Assembly (NCBI RefSeq): GCF_032444005.1
Contig: NC_091287.1
Span: forward strand, 381,238,001-381,302,000
DNA from: Ranitomeya imitator
Taxonomy: Eukaryota
Direction: 5' to 3'
DNA: 64,000 nt
The notes under the pieces were generated by a model. That model did not search any database, was not told the DNA's origin, and saw only the letters and a program-made list of their open reading frames with translations. The translations under genes were made by a program, and so were the position numbers. This document shows positions 61,721-64,000 of the stretch, one piece after another. Every line of letters begins with the position of its first letter. Position 1 is the first letter of the stretch.

Positions 61721-62789
61721 GTGCAAATTAAAAAAAATATATATATACATACATACATACACACACGCATACAAACATACACACACACTGTTCTTGCAGA
61801 CCCCTTTTTACCCCTGTTCTAGTGCTGGATGGGACCACGGTTAGTCTCCGTACTTGCCCTTTTGGCAGTGGTGAAACATGCCTGCACCGTGTCCAATGCT
61901 ACCAGCACTGGAGGAGCGGCGGTGATGATCAGCGAGTATACTTTATTTTAGCATTTTCTACCATTTCAGGATTTATTTTTTTTATTCAAACTCAGTGATT
62001 GAAAACTTTAAGAATCTAGTGCTGAGAGCAGAACAGAAATTCACTTTGGCGTTTGCCATCTCATATCTTCAGTTTCCATAATGTAGAGAACACTGCCAAC
62101 AGATGAGCTGGTTCCACGGGAGCAGAAGTCTGGGCATGACATTCACATATGATAGGGGCAATACTGTATATTAAATATCGAGTAGACAAAGAGAAATGCT
62201 CTAAGGAGGAAAGTGTATAATATGTCTAAATAAACTTACAGCAGATCACCGCTCCTTTGTAACTAAAATTGGTTACAGTCGCCAAATTCAGCATGTTTTT
62301 CATTTTCAGCGTAGGTGCTCCTACACACAGGATCAGTACAAACTTTGATAGAGCAATGCTGATCCCTGCTGGTCAGACCGCTGGGACCTCTAGTGATCCC
62401 GAAATCGGGGCTCTGCAGCTCTTACTCCACTGCATTCATTGTCTATCGGACTGCTGGAAAAAGGCAATATATATTCAGCATTCCCATAGACAATGAAACA
62501 AGCAGCGCTCTGCCTTGTTCTCAGAATTACACCCCGCGATCTGGGGATCCCAGCAGTCTAACCCAATGATCAGGAAATTGATTTTATTTTTTTGGGGAAT
62601 AACCCTTTACTAGGATCGTTCTATCCCAGCACAACATGCACATGGACAGCAGCACATCTCCTGTTTATCAGCTGCAGGCTCGCTGGGGTAGATGTCCATT
62701 TGTTCCCACCTAGGCTTGGAACCAGCAGAAATTAAGCCTGATCCCCATCTCCATTTCCTATGTTGGGAGGATAACAGTCTCCTACTAAA

Positions 62790-63143
62790 GGTACCGTCAC
62801 ATTAAGCGACGCTGCAGCGTCGCTGTAGAGACGTCAAACACGGCAACAGCAGAACGATGCAGGAGCGATCCAGTGACGTAACGGCGATTAACTTATCGTT
62901 CTCGCTGGTTGTTAGCTCCATGAAAAAAACATTGCAGGCATTGTTGCTTTTGCTGTCAAACATGACGAATCACGCCGACCTGACGACCAAATAAAGTTCT
63001 GGCCTTCTAGCTCCGACCAACGATGTCACAGCGGGATCCTGATCGCTGCTGCGTGCCAAACACAACGAGATCGCTATCCAGGACGCTGCAACGTTACGGA
63101 TCGCTGTCGTTCTCGTTGGAAAGTTGCTCAGTGTGAAGGCACC
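62790..63143. mobile_element. MITE of the ggtaccgtcacac family
   Basis: ggtaccgtcaca / gtgtgaaggcacc termini. Confidence 0.65.
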
Positions 63144-63928
63144 TTTAGAATGTGAGACTCATTATCACTTGAGTCCCTGCAGCTTAGTTCATTAACACAT
63201 GAATATCCAATGCCAGTAGCAAATGTTCATGTTTTAATCAGCCAATTAAGATGGATGTCCTGGTCATTCAAGTCACATTAGAATAAAATGAAGACATATT
63301 AGTACAGAATGATATTGCTAGATTTTTGCTGACCACACAGGCCTACTACAACTTCAAGCTAATCCATAGATACAGGAGGATACAATGAACAGCAAATGCA
63401 TAAAATGTTAGGATATAGACACACATCTGTTACCTTGGCCCAGGATTAGGAACATTCCCAGCCTTTAGTTCATCAATGATACTTTCGATATCCTTTGGCA
63501 ACAAATCTTCCTGCAAGATTGGTATACACATCAATATGGTCCGCAAAAAGGCAACATTCACTTATATTTCACAGCTCTTAAAAAAAAAAAAAAAAGGAGC
63601 CTACTATTCAATATACATAACAACATAGTAGTTGCACTTCTGTACTGGATTTCTCAGAGCAAAAACGGTCAGATTTTTATACCGGTATTTTACCTTAGAA
63701 AATATCTAGATGGAGTCATAGTGGCCTTCTCTGGATGCAAATCTGTTGGCTAAAATAATGTACCGTACTAAACATCCTTTAGGAAAATCTGTCCCCAGGT
63801 TTATGCTCCTGAATCAGAGGACAGCATGGAGAGATTCCACTAATGTGTCTCTTTTTCGGCGCTTTTTGCTGTAGTTCTGATGAAAGTGATTACAGTAGCT
63901 CTTTCTAACCCATACTATTCATGTACAG

Positions 63929-64000
63929 ATTGCTGACTACACCGTGCATTGTAGGGGGCTCAGAATGGTGGACGGTGATAGCCACAGCGCATTAATACCC
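63929..64000 (+). CDS. Candidate coding exon running off the window (IADYTVHCRGLRMVDGDSHSALIP)
   Basis: Branch-like ctaac at 63905-63909, acceptor tacag; phase-0 frame open to the window end and compatible with MEK|. Product unidentified. Confidence 0.35.
   Translation, partial: MADYTVHCRGLRMVDGDSHSALIP

Overview
Eukaryotic, repeat-dominated vertebrate DNA. The TE families (DIRS, Neptune-type Penelope, Tc1, Kolobok/T2-like and Harbinger-like palindromic MITEs, piggyBac-like, hAT, Helitron, CR1/L2) point to an anuran amphibian, which is an inference. Main contents: (1) a DIRS tyrosine-recombinase retrotransposon on the minus strand (<1-7368) whose recombinase gene is split by an adjacent MITE and Tc1; (2) a young 7.8-kb Penelope-like (Neptune) insertion (20648-28440) with a 16-bp TSD, intact ORF1 and RT/GIY-YIG ORF2, a tandem partial copy, an inverted copy and three hammerhead-like motifs with a variant core; (3) a ~440-bp non-coding mini-DIRS that keeps the ITRs and ICR (53897-54649); (4) a small palindromic Penelope-type insertion inside a Tc1 derivative; (5) an inverted local duplication bracketed by Tc1 ends; (6) large piggyBac-like non-autonomous elements carrying ~385-bp tandem repeats and telomere-like hexamers; (7) a GC-rich, probably bidirectional promoter (~46200-47200) with candidate exons of two host genes I could not identify; (8) two minisatellites. 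No rRNA, tRNA or CRISPR array was seen. All coordinates were read by eye and should be confirmed by alignment.
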